A stretch of 64,000 bases of DNA from Mytilus trossulus (Eukaryota), in the NCBI RefSeq assembly GCF_036588685.1, contig NC_086375.1, forward strand, positions 56,978,001 through 57,042,000. The letters run 5' to 3'. Shown here one piece after another: positions 51,235 through 64,000 of this stretch. Numbering within the stretch: position 1 is the first letter of the stretch; the number at the start of each line of letters is the position of its first letter. A program made the position numbers and the translations under genes. The notes below the pieces were generated by a model that saw only the letters and a list, made by a program, of their open reading frames with translations, did no database searches and was not told the DNA's origin.

Positions 51235-54200
51235 ATGAAGATGATATTTTTTTTTATTCATATTTTGTATATTTTTAATGAATCTGCATGCTCTTTTTCA
51301 TTTCGATCTGACACATATGAGGTATTAAAAGGAATCAAATTGTTGAATACTTATTACACATTATCATTAAATCATAACAGTACGAATACATGCGCAGTGT
51401 ACTGTTTAGCCGACATAGCATGTGTTTCAGCGAATTACAACATGGTGACAACGCAATGTGAACTAAATTCAAAAGGTCCTCTAGATGAATCAGCCAACAT
51501 AGAAGAAGATAACGAATGGAGAGTGTTGTATTCAAAAGGGGGTAGGTACAAAATATAGGGTGTGTTAAAGTAAAGCTACAAACATGGACATAGACGATAA
51601 CTGTTTAGTGTCTTTAAGGTTCATGTGGACCCTATGGCTAAAATGGCCGTATTTTCACCTCAAAATTTTCTCTGAGTACAGGCAAACCTGTGCATCTGGA
51701 AAAGTTTTAAGGCATAGCATGCCCTAGATAAATAGAATTCAAATGCATTGTATGATTTAGAAAATTCATAACTTAACTGGATTTTGCCGTACACTTTTTT
51801 TCGTCTCTGCAGAAGATGATAAAATTAACAAACAGTTGAGTTTACCTTGATATGGTCCACTCCGGTACACAGTTCATATAACCAATTATTGTCAGGTATC
51901 TATTGTCCATCTAATGTCCATGTCAATTAAAAATGCTCACTTTAATTTCTACCTGTGGGGAAGTTCTCAAACCTGTTTCCCAACTTAGTTTATTTTGGCA
52001 CCTTCTGGAGGAATGAAAAAAAGTGCACGGCAAAATCCTGGTAAGTTTTTATTTTTCTAAAACAAAAAACATACTTAAAATTCATTTATCTAGGGCATGC
52101 TATGCCTGAATTTTTTTACAGATGCACAGGTTTGTCTGTACTCAGAGTAAATTTTGAGGTGAAAATACGGCCATTTTAGCCATAGGGTCCACATGAACCT
52201 TAAATACCAGCTGTATGTGTACGAGGCTAAGAAACCAGGTGTATGCGAGCTTTAAGCGAGCTATTACACCTGTTTTGAGCCGAGTACAAATACCGCTGAT
52301 ATTTAAAGACACTAAACAGTTATTGTCTTTATCCAACAATAAGTTCTGTATATTATTTGTGTTTTGAAAGACACAAAATCATTTGTTTTGCATTTATTTT
52401 CGATTTAAAATCCCTTGAGGCCCGTGTAGTAACACGATACAGTAATCACACATTCAGCTGAGGACGGATTCGCAAAAAAACGAATCTCGAATGGTAAACA
52501 ATAATACATCGCTCAAGGTAACTAATTATTTATTTTAAGAAAACAACTAACTCAAACAGTAAAAACAAATAACAAAACGTTGTCCAGTTTGAAACAGAAG
52601 TGTACGAGTTGTCCTACGTTACAGACTATATAGTCACTAAAATGCATGCTGAAATTGACATGGCTGTTTTTGTTACACAATCATACACATTCAAGTTTTG
52701 AAATCGATAGTTGTCATCATAGAAAACACTGCTGCTCATGTGCGTATGTTATCAGAAAATTGGTGTGATTCTTATTGATCTAAAAAAAATTATAAACAAA
52801 CAGAACGTATAAAAGTTATTGTTAATTCGCAATTAATACGTCATTGGATTGCAACTGCAATACACATTCTGAGGTCACGCAGGGATAACAATACTCAGTC
52901 CGGCAGTGTGCGGAGCTTTTAATAATATACAGATACAGCATAGCGATATCTGTAGGGCTGTATCTGTATAGTAGGACACCCAATTGCAGGATAAAACTAA
53001 ATTCTAGCATAGAACAAAGGACGTATTAATGAAGAAAATTAAATAACGTCATCTGAGTACCTGTTTCTTTTATTTTTTACAAAACATATTAAGGACGATT
53101 CTTTTATGCAGTAATCAAAGCAATTTAAGTTTCATTCCTCTAGGAATCCCTTTGAATATTTTTTATTCCTTATCAAATTAGGGTCTCCGACTTCAACTAC
53201 TACTAAGAAATTTTGAATGATAATGAAAACAACATCTCTTGATTCCGACTAGTATTTCTGTAACAACATTCAACGCCCAAATCAAAACATTTGGTAGCCA
53301 AAGATATATAGACCTTATGTTTTCATATCCTCGCAACGAAATTGCCTAAAATAGACTGTTTGGTGGTTACTTTTAGATGTATTAAAGGTTACATTTTTAG
53401 AACTTATTTTTAACTCGTATAATATCTAAGTGAGCCATTCAACGGTGTTCAAATTTTACGACGTAACAATATTGTTAAGGTTTGAAATATCATTTAATTC
53501 CAAAATAAATTGTATACACCAAAAGGGTATACAGATAAATATATGAAAAAGGACACAGTTAATTGATTTCATACGTGAAGATTCAATCCGACCAAAATTC
53601 CAATTGTTTACATTTAATTTTAAATATCATTTAATCAAAATGATGGTATTGGTACAGAGTTACAAAAAGCAAAATAGAATATATGATTGAGATTTTATTT
53701 CGATGATAGATTAAGATCTAAATTTCTTTTAAATACACGTCCAGAGTAAAATCACAAAAATAATGAACTTAAGAGGAAAATCAATTCGGAAAGTCCGTAA
53801 TCACATGGCAAAATGAAATAACAAAACGCATCAAAAACGTATGGACAAGAACTGTCATATTTCTGACCAGGTATAGGCATTTTCAAATGTAGAAAATGGA
53901 AGATTCAACCTGGTTTTATAGCGCTAGTTCTCTCACTTTGATGACAGACTCAGCAAATTCCGTTATATATACAATGATGCGTTAACTAAACAGACATTGT
54001 TATTTGGATGGAGAGTTGTTTCATTGGCACTCACACCACATCTACCTATATCTATACAATAAATAAAATAGTCAAAATATTGGTACAGAAGTCATCATCG
54101 TGTAACAATTTAAAAATAAACAATCTAACAGAACACAAAAACATCCCTGCATCTCCGGCCACTTCGGCTTCCTCCACCAATAAAAACTGACCGCCACAGA

Positions 54201-57200
54201 ATGACCATAAGGCTAAAAAAATGGCACTATTTTCACCTGCGAGTCCTGCGAGCTCTGTATTTTGAATGGAAAATTGTTAATAAAAGAAACAATCATACCC
54301 AGCATATACGATAAATCGAAGTATAATGAAAATGAGCCTTTTGAAAGATGTATTTAAAAAAAATAGCTGCAGAATTTCTATTACAAAATTGCATTAATCA
54401 ATAAATGTAAAAATGAATGATTAGAAGAATCGTCATGTGTTTAGCGAATTACAAATTTTTGAAAAAAATCAAAACAAGTCTAATAAACAGTTTAGCAACT
54501 GCATGACAAAATAAAAAAATAGAAATATTGAACTTATCCAGATGAGATGGGTAATTCAGAAAGATTGATTAAAATAACTAAGTACTTGTTTTTGTTTGGG
54601 TTCGTGTTGGTTGGTCTTTAGTTTCTATATTGTGTCTTGTGTACTATTATTTGTCTGTTTGTCTTTTTCTTTTTTTAGCCATAGCCTTGTCAGTTTATTT
54701 TCGATTAAGGAGTTTGAATGTCCCTCTGAAATCGTTCGCCCCTCTTTAAAAAAAAACATATTAATGAAATCTTGCTGATTACAAAGATTTTTTTAGGGTT
54801 GCAAATTTGACAAAAGCATCTGCATTTCGAAATGTCGATTTCAGAGGCAATTCACGTTCATCATATTTTGGGCCGTTAATCCACATTGCATTTTATCTTA
54901 TCATAATATCATTATCGACATTTCTAAAACTTAATTAATTATGAATGAGAACCGTATTGTGAAAAAAAAAAAAAACTTGAAGGTAATTACAAAATTTCCA
55001 ATCGACATAATATGCTTTGTATAAATATCATTGGTGCATATATATTACTTTGTTGATTAACTGTAACACACCTCTTCTACATAAAAAACAAAAACAAATC
55101 AAATACTGAATTTTGAATAATATTCAAATCCATAAATAATTAGTTTTAATGGCTTTGAAAAGTCATCAAAAATGCTATGCTTTTAATTTGGAAAATCCGA
55201 CCTACGTTTAGGCTAAACGCACCAGTGACGTTCAAATAAAAACTAAATGACGATGTTGTTCCCCAGAATAGAAAATATCTGGTTTTACGCCATCCACACA
55301 TTTGAGAAAACAAAGCCTTAGTATTTCAAATAATTCTAACAGTTAGCGTGTAGAAAAAATAGAAATTAATGATAGTTCATATCAGCATTTAAGTGCTTAC
55401 CACTGGGTTGGTAATAGAAAATTTCAAGAATTAAGCGTCTGTCGTACCAATTTATAAACTTAGTAGTGTTGATGATTTTTTTTTTATTATTATAAAAAGT
55501 TATCGAAGGTACAGTGAATATAATTTAATACGCAAGACAAGCGTTTCGTCTACACATGAGTCATCAGTGACGGTCAGATAAAAAAAAAAATCAAATACAA
55601 ATATAAAAGTTGAAAAACATGAAAAAATTGCAGCTATTTTTAAGAGTTTTTAATAAAAAAAAAACAATTTCGTATGGAAAGTAATAAAAAAATTTAGGAC
55701 ATAGAATCATTCCTTTCCTAGGGTCAAATCATTATTCATAATCAAATATTTATTCAATTGTTTAATTAAACTAGACACTCTCATAACATGTTAAGCCCAT
55801 CAGTATACCTTGCTATATTCTAATAGGTAAATTTATAACAAAATCATTTTTGTTGTAACCAAGCATTTACAGTATGATTGTGGCAATATAAATAAAAAAA
55901 ACATAATATATAAAAAAAAAACAACAAAAAAAACCCACCCCAAAACAGATTACAAAAATATATAAGAAATAGAGTTACAATATTACTTTATTCAATAGTT
56001 GTATGATAGTCTGGCTTGCAATTTAAAGAAAAATCAGATTCATCTTCGCGATTTTTCAGAGATTTTGTTCTCAAATAATTTTGATGCAATGACCATTTTC
56101 TATTTCAAGACCATGGTCACTAACTTATATGAAGTTTTGTTAAAATATTCCTAATAGAAAAATCATTAAACAAGAAGTAAATATTGAGTTCAAGTGAAAG
56201 TTTTATTCTTAGTTTTTATACTGAAAAGGTTTACTACTTTCGTCGATTTTCCTTGTTTACTTTTATATAGATCTTTATAATAATAAGTTATTCTTTACTA
56301 AATTTCTGATTGTAAACGTTTATCTTTGCAATATTCTTACAGTCGACCAGTTGATCTTATAATTAAGGCCATCAATTTTCTCGTTTGAATTGATTTACAT
56401 TATCATATCAGGGTCTTTAATAGCTGACTTTGTGGCATGGATTTGCTCATTGTTCAAGGCCGTACGGTGACCTAAAGATGTCAATGCCTGTGTTATTTTG
56501 GTCTCTTGTGGACTGCTATCTCATTGGCAATGATACCACATCTTCTTCTATTATATTTGATATTATTTTCTGGATAAACGTTCTAAGCATATGTATACCA
56601 AGAATAAACATCGAGTAAAATAAGGAATTTAAAAAGTTTGAAGGCCTCCTTTAAATTATAGGTTTATTTATCTATTTTTAGTCTAGCAAGATATTAAATA
56701 AGTTGGGTTGTATTAAAATTTTCAACTGGAAGTTTACTTAGTTCCTATCTCGGATTTATATCTGACTGTGTTGGTTAAAAGATGGTATTTACAATTATGG
56801 GGACTATACCTGTGTGTTGTTGGATAAATATTTTAATATGAAAGGATAGTTACCAATCATCACACACACTGTTAGGTTCATCTATTTTATTTTTATCTCC
56901 CTAATTTCAGACATAACAAGAAGGTCATCTTCAAATCAAAATGCACCAACATTAGAATCTAATACTTCTGCGGGTCTTCAGTCTCGTTGTTAAAGCTTGG
57001 ATTTAGCCTGAGGTCACTAATAAACATATTAAATACGGTGGGGTTGATCAAATCCACTTGTTTAATCCCTTTTAGTATGACGACAGAAAATATTGAAGTT
57101 ATCATCCAATTAACCGCTTTGCATGTTATGTTTCTATATATAATCAATACGAATAGATAATGGATTATATATTTCAGTTTGGATTTCCACGCGTCATGAA

Positions 57201-60200
57201 AGATGAAACAAACAAAAAAACAAATCAAAAATCAAACAGGCAATTAACGCAAACTAAACATTTCTCGTACTCCGACTTGAACTTCTTTATCCATGTTTTG
57301 TCAACTCAATTAATGTTGTTCAAATGATTTTCAAGTGCTTTTTATGCGTGTTTAATTGTCCATTTGATGCTGAAATTAAAACATGAATAGTTTCGTTATA
57401 TTCCTATAAAACGAGCAATTTAAACATTTGAAATAAGATATAGACTGTGTGGAACACAATGTATATTTAATCTACCATCTCTGTATGAAAGGTAAAATGG
57501 TATCCTTGTAAATGACTATATCGTATGTTTTGAATCCATGAAGAATAAATATAGTCGAAATATAATTATTGGTGTAATAGGGCACTCCACGGTTAGTTCA
57601 GTCATATTCAATAGGGGCAGATTTTTTTAAAAGAGGTGGAAATAGTATGAAAGTATCGGAAATCCTATGCATGTTTCCAAGCATCTGCTCTGTTTTAATG
57701 ACTTTTTACCGTATTTTTCACTCCATACTCCATGAAAATCTGTCCCCCATCCAATATGGCCGAACTAACTGTGAAGAGCCCTATTGTATACTGTTGTTTG
57801 CCTCTGGTCATTGTTCTTGATTTCGTTAATTTGCCATGCCGTTGTCATTTTGATTTCGACCAAATTGATCTATAGTAATTATACAGTCCGCCATAAGTGA
57901 AGCACCACCTATTCTTTTTGTATCGAAAAAATTGTTCATGTTGCAATTTTGCTAACATATACCATAAACAAACCATAAGCTTTTGTAAAACAACAAAGAC
58001 TTCTAGCTGCCGATATAATTAAAAAGCCAGTACAACTGTGTGGCGAATGACCGAATGACAAAATAAGGATAACGGGAAACTTAATACAACCCGGTAATGA
58101 CAAAACAAAAATCATCAAGAATATATCAAAAATGAAAACAAATTATAACATTATTAAGTATATTAGTTTAGTCCAAACTCTCTTTCATTTCGTATTACTT
58201 TTGATATTTGTTGATTAAGTATTGATTTGTAATTAAGTTCTTGCATCACAAAATGTCTTATTAGTATTTGCTACATGTTGTTTATGTTGTACACACACAA
58301 ACGACTTTTAATATTGCGAAAAAAGGCTAACAATTTGCTCCAACTAACTGTTTGTCAATAGTTCTTCATTTTAGTGGGCTGAATGATCTGTTTTTTAGTC
58401 TTTTCATATTCCGAGTTTTTGATATGCTAGTTTATTTCTATTTCTAATTAAAAAAAAAATACATCAGATATATATTATAATGATTTCTAGATCTACCACC
58501 AAGCTCATGGGAGTTGATATTCAGAGGGACTGCAGGAATTGGTGTAAAGATATATGACTCGTACGTCGGTACAATCTCACTCCCCACCCATGAAGTTGGA
58601 TGTCAGTTACCTGTTACCCATAACTTGACTTGCACTACACATTACCGTGATCCAATTTTAGACATTTGGAGTTCACAAAGCATTCTCAAGGTAAGCTGCT
58701 AGAGGATAAATGACACTAAAGATGAAAATTTGTTGTATTGACATTAGTAAGTAGATATAAAAAGATGTGGTAAGTCTTTATCCAAGTCACAGTTCATAAA
58801 AGTAAACCATTTTAGGCGAAAGTACGGTCTTCAACACGGAGCCGTGGCCCACACCGACCAACAAGCTATAAAGGCCCCAAAATTTCAAACTGGAAAAACA
58901 ACGGTATAATCTATATAAAATACGAGAATCGAGAAACACTTATGAAACACACAACAAACGACAGGTACAGAACATTAGATTCCTGATTTAGAACAGGTAC
59001 AAACAATTGCAGCGGGTTTAAAAGTTTTAATGGTAACAAACCTTCACCCTTATCTGAAACAATATTGTTACATCACAACATAGAAACCCAAACTATAAAC
59101 TTTCGATCGAAATGACTTAACTCAATCAGAAGACATATGAACACAAATGAACTTACAGTGACCGAATAAATTTAATCTATGATACAATGTAAACACAAAA
59201 TCAATAAGATAAGGGATGAATAAATAAAATACCATTATTGCATTGGTTTCGATGAATTACATTGGTTTCCCAGTTAAATAAAAACCTAAAAACCGATAAT
59301 TTCACATGTGAAACAAACGTGATTATTGCAGAAACACTGAAGTGAAACAAAAAAAACCCGACACAGCAACGCACACAAAAAGGACTCTTAGATTACAACC
59401 GCCACCTTCCTGGCTTAGTACAGGACATTTTAAGAACAATTGTGTGTTGAACCTGGTTGGTTACTAGCTTGTTAAATATAACTATAAAACACTTACCAAA
59501 GCAGTTATGTAGACAATCTATAACCCTGAATAAGTAAACATTGAATAAAAAAAACACCAAAAAAACTACATAAGACATAGTACCAACAGGTCAAATTAAC
59601 AAGAAAGTACTATTTACGAGTACTCGCAGTTCGTGACAGTTAGTCATAAATAAGTAATAACAAAAAAAAAGAATGCACCAGAGACAAAAACCAATTGAAA
59701 TACATCCCAGGATATTAACGTCATGGACAGTCAAAGAAGACATGACTTGTGCAATGCCACAAAATAAATGTATCGACAGGCAGTAGGGTAGTTTGTAGAT
59801 AAAAATGAACATAGGTGTGTCTTTATACATCACGTTTTAAAAGAAAACAATTTAGTTATGTTTTAATTTGCTGATTACAAAATCAATGTTAGTGCCAATG
59901 TAAACTCTTTTCAAAGCTCTAATTACAATATTTAAAAGATAACCTTTATTTATACATTTGTTTAAAGGTTCGATGAGTTTACGCTTTTTGTACAATACTA
60001 CCGTAAAATATAAGATGTGAAATACTGTTTTTATAAAAGTTTTCTACAGGTATCAAGCACTTATGTGTTGTTTACATGTGAGACTTATAAAGAAATGTAC
60101 CTTTTTATGATCTTGAAGGTAAAAGTAGCCATGTACAAAGATAGTGTAATGGTAATGAACATGGTTTTCAACAATACAGATAATGGATTGAATACAGACT

Positions 60201-63200
60201 GGTACAGTCCAGATCAACTTATTTATAGTTCGTATACTGACATGACAACAGTTGGAATCACATACAACTACTTCAGTATTCAAGGGTAAGTATTATGACA
60301 AGTTTGAGTAATTTGACAACTTGTCCAATATTTAGCATACCTTACACATGCGGCATACTGTATCATCCTTTGTACAGCTTAACATACTGACAACTGTCAG
60401 TCATTGAATACTTTGTGCCTGTCGTCGTTATCATTTTGTCTGCAAATTAACTATTTATTTATGACATGTTGCTTTATTCGAAACATTAAGGTTGTTCTAC
60501 CCCAGATTACTTTGCCTTGCTTTATTTTGGACACCGTTTTGGAAATACATACTCAGTAAATGGTATTCAACCTATTTTTTTTATTAAGCCTTCTTTTTTT
60601 GGGGGTTCCCTTTGGAATCTAGTGTAGACGAAACTTGCGGCTGGAATGCAAACGTATTCGCCTGGTTTCTTTTAAGATCATCAACATGAGTGGTGATAAT
60701 ACAGGCAATATAGTAATATATTTATATAGTTTGCCGTAAATTTCAAATGTATTTATAGCTTTTAATAACGTACCTACAAACTTATGACATGTGTTTTTCG
60801 TTTATTGTTTTGAACATAAATAAGGCCATTATATTTCATGTTTGAATGATTCAATACCTATCATGTTGGGTTTTTATAGTTTGCTATGCAATATATGTTT
60901 TGCTCATTGTGGAAGGCGACTGATATTTGCTAACTTCTACGTCATTTGTTCTATCTTAAGTTGTTGCATAGTCAATTATACCACAACAACTTATTTTTAT
61001 ATAATCATATGATTTTGTACCGCTTGACTCACATTAAATGGTTCATGGCAATTTGTTTTATGGTACATGTTTATGCCCCACATACAACAGAAGGGGTGTT
61101 TTGGAAAATTGCGTTTTTTTTTATCTTTGTTCGTACATTCGTTTATCCGGTAGCAGGTATTTGTTTTTAACCTTGAGGTTGCGGTCAAGTCAACATCGTC
61201 GCGGTAACAGTTAAGTCTTGATAATCGATTAACATAAGACAAGACCTCTAAATTGTTACAAAATACAATAGGATGAGACTTTCAGCTGTTGTTTTTTGTT
61301 GTTATAAAAAAAGTCAGCTTGTTTCTTTTGATTTACAATACAAAAATAATACTCTTTATTTAAGGATGTTCGCTACTCTAGTATTTTTTCAGATATTCGG
61401 AATCCTCTCGTCTTACTCATGTATTACCAATACAAAATTTGCTCACTGTCCCCTATTTTTCTTATCATGATTTTATTAAAAAAAGTTTGAAAGCCTTATT
61501 TGAACATATCAAAAAGTCTTTGTTATTTGTGTGTTGTTTTTGAAAGAAAAATAGGTACCAGTTTTTAATGTATGAATGATATAGAGAGAATCATTTCCCG
61601 CCAAAATTGCAACGACTTATATCTCGAAAACAAGCACACGTACCCTTCAATTTTTCCGGCTTTTTTTTAAATTGAATTCGTGCGTTTAATTTTTTTCTGG
61701 ACTTAAAGAATTTCACCTTTCTGAATTAACCTTTGACTTTGGTATTTTTATAAATATATTTTTACAATAAAAAAAACTGGAATTGCTAAATAGTTTGCAC
61801 GTGTACTGTTTAGACTTCAGGAAAAACCATCTAAACAAAGCTACTCCTTTTGCATAAACTATTAATGTTTGCAATGAATTCGATATAGACAATCTTAAGG
61901 TTATCAGAAGTCATGTATACATGGATGCTTAACTTAAATGTTTTCTAAAACGATGAACTATTTTGTTTTTTTGTGCCATAACATTTTTTGACATGATATG
62001 GTTAACCAAATATTCCCATGCACTGGATTAATTTATAAAATGATGTTTGTCTATATGTAAATTTGCGATGCATTTTTAAGAAAAGACTTTCAGATTCGTT
62101 TCACAAATCATTCTTTTTTAAGAAAAGCATAACAAAAATACCAAACTCAGAAATCTAAAAAGGAAAAGAAAAGACTTTCAGATTCGTTTCACAAATCAAT
62201 TTCTTTGAAGAAAAGCATAACAAAAATACAAAACTCAGAAATCTAAAAAGGAAAAGACCATAAAGACTACAAAATCAAACTTTATAAACCAACGGAACGA
62301 GTAAAGACAAATGTCATATTTCTGATGTGATTGATACATTTGCGAGGAATGTAGCCTAGGTGCTAAAAAAGCAACCAAAAAGCAATACGATAGGATGTCT
62401 ATCAGGTTTTGTTTTTTAACAATTAAAAATCGTAAAAATATAAAAGCTTTGTTTTAGAAATAGAAGTAGCTTTTCAATAAATAAATTCTGTGAAAAGTGT
62501 ATAGCAAAATTACAAACATAAATTTCCATTAATTCATGTTTAATTAAGCTACACTTAATTTGAAAAATATTATAATTGTTCAAATCTCGATTCATTTCAG
62601 TGATGAAGCGGTAGAACGAAGATTTTATATCAACAACAATTACAATGGATGTCCGTTTGATATGGGATGGATAGCAGTGTTTGAATTTGGTTTTACTTGC
62701 TCATATGAGATAGGATTGCAGTATCCTGCTTTTGCATACATGCCAAATAATATTATGGGTCAATGGGACCTTAAAGGTAATTATCAATACATCAAATCTT
62801 TCATTGATTGTTTTATTACCTTTAAACACCACACATTTTTAACACCTTTCTTACCTGCATGAAAGAACCGATATGTAAATCTAAATGAAACCATGAATAT
62901 GATCATCTTCATACACCATATACATACTCTTATTTAAAAACATGATTTGTTAAAAAAAAAATATGAGTAAACACCATGGTTTCAAATAAATAAGCTATAC
63001 AGGTAAACGGACAAAAAATACGAACTGTTGCATATATTTAATATACGTATGAAAGACGGACTTATTTAAAACATAAATAATTGTAAAAATTATAAAATAG
63101 TTCAGAAAATTAGTGAACGAATATTTTATAAAAGAAAAGTTTTAAGTAAACGTTCTCAAAGCCCAAAGTTAAAAGTCGGAATGTTCATGACTTTGATAAC

Positions 63201-63986
63201 CAAACAAAAACGATTATTGAAATGTCCTTTTTATGCACTCGGTATACTTGGTTGATAACTACACGACAGTTTTTTATATCTGGTCTTTTGCCATGAGTTG
63301 ACGTTAAACACATTACATTAGGATTCAACTCATTTGCATAAATAAAGGTAACAGTAGTATACCGCTTTTCGAAATTCACAAATCGATAGAGAAAAAACAA
63401 ACCCGGACTTACAAACTAAAACTGAAGAAAACTACGACACAACAGAAACACAGCATTGAAATGTAACACCACTGAAACGAACTATATTCTTACAATATAA
63501 CAAAATAATCGACTGATTGATCTAATATGGAAATTTCTTTACTAATTCATATCTGTAAAACACGATCATGATTTATATGACTATCTCATACTCTATTTGT
63601 TAATTAGTGATTGTCATTCACTTAATTTCAGCTTTCCAGTTTGCAGACGCATTAGCAATTTACATACAAAGTAACTAGCCATGTATGAGTCATAGAGGAA
63701 CAACAGTTTATTTCGAAAACAAATACTAATATATAACCCATATTGTTTAGCTGCACAGAATAGAATAACACAAATATCATAAGATTATTGCTAATAGATT
63801 GTACAAAATAACGATAAACGTTGGAAGATAGAGCATACATTCAAAATAACGTTATTCATTACTGATTATCATATGATGTAGTATGTATTTAGTACATTGA
63901 CTTAATAACTTCGTTTTAACATTGTATTTTTTATCCCTAAATTCGCAGCCATCATTGATTTAAAAGCTGTCTGGCCACATGACTAA
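51235..63986 (+). CDS. Secreted PAN/apple-domain protein with an uncharacterised Cys-containing C-terminal domain
   Basis: Exons 51235-51541 (signal peptide; CAVYCLADIACVSANYNMVTTQCELN), 58491-58690 (WELIFRGTAG...CTTHYRDPILDIW), 60119-60285, 62601-62776 (RRFYINNNYNGCPFDMGW). Phase-consistent. Tentative last exon 63949-63986; possible optional linker exon 56911-56973. Confidence 0.75.
51618..52199. mobile_element. Kolobok-like MITE with long TIRs and TTAA TSD, nested in a fold-back element (51593-52328)
   Basis: ttaa|ggttcatgtggaccctatggctaaaatggccgtattttcacctcaaaattt ... exact reverse complement ...acatgaacc|ttaa. Confidence 0.85.
55400..55580 (-). repeat. Degenerate second copy of the hammerhead-containing repeat
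   Basis: Minus strand 55572-55531: CGTCA CTGATGA ctcatgtgtagac GAAA cgctt GTC TTGCG. Confidence 0.55.
57576..57785. mobile_element. MITE
   Basis: aatagggcactccacggttagttc / gaactaactgtgaagagccctatt. Confidence 0.65.
62081..62256. repeat. Tandem duplication, 2 x ~88 bp
   Basis: aaaagactttcagattcgtttcacaaatca...aaactcagaaatctaaaaaggaaaag occurs twice. Confidence 0.85.
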
Positions 63987-64000
63987 GTTATTGTGTTTTT

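Overview
AT-rich, intron-rich animal genomic DNA. The repeat landscape and genes suggest a bivalve mollusc, probably Mytilus (inference). Host genes: (1) a secreted C-type lectin on + that appears to lack its middle exons; (2) a 9-exon RMDN2/RMDN3(PTPIP51)-like gene on - (357 aa); (3) GCHFR on + (89 aa), head-to-head with RMDN; (4) a secreted PAN/apple-domain protein with an uncharacterised Cys-containing C-terminal domain on +. Main finding: an apparently intact 9,513-bp DNA transposon (13177-22689) in RMDN intron 6, with perfect 28-bp TIRs starting CAG, a 5-bp TSD (CTCAA) and 11 palindromic GGATGG-N4/5-CCATCC sites near its ends. It encodes (a) a predicted 996-aa protein joining a RAG1/Chapaev-type N-terminal zinc-binding domain to an Academ/DUF6589-like DDE core; (b) a predicted 336-aa acidic/basic RG-tailed protein that can share the same first exon, with the transposase exon inside its first intron; (c) a convergent 178-aa HIRAN-like protein. 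The window also holds a 356-bp hammerhead-ribozyme repeat (retrozyme-like), degraded CR1-like and Penelope-like retroelements, Helentron/DINE-like repeats, and many MITEs and fold-backs. Gene models were built by hand from splice signals and phase; family calls come from motif recognition, not database searches.
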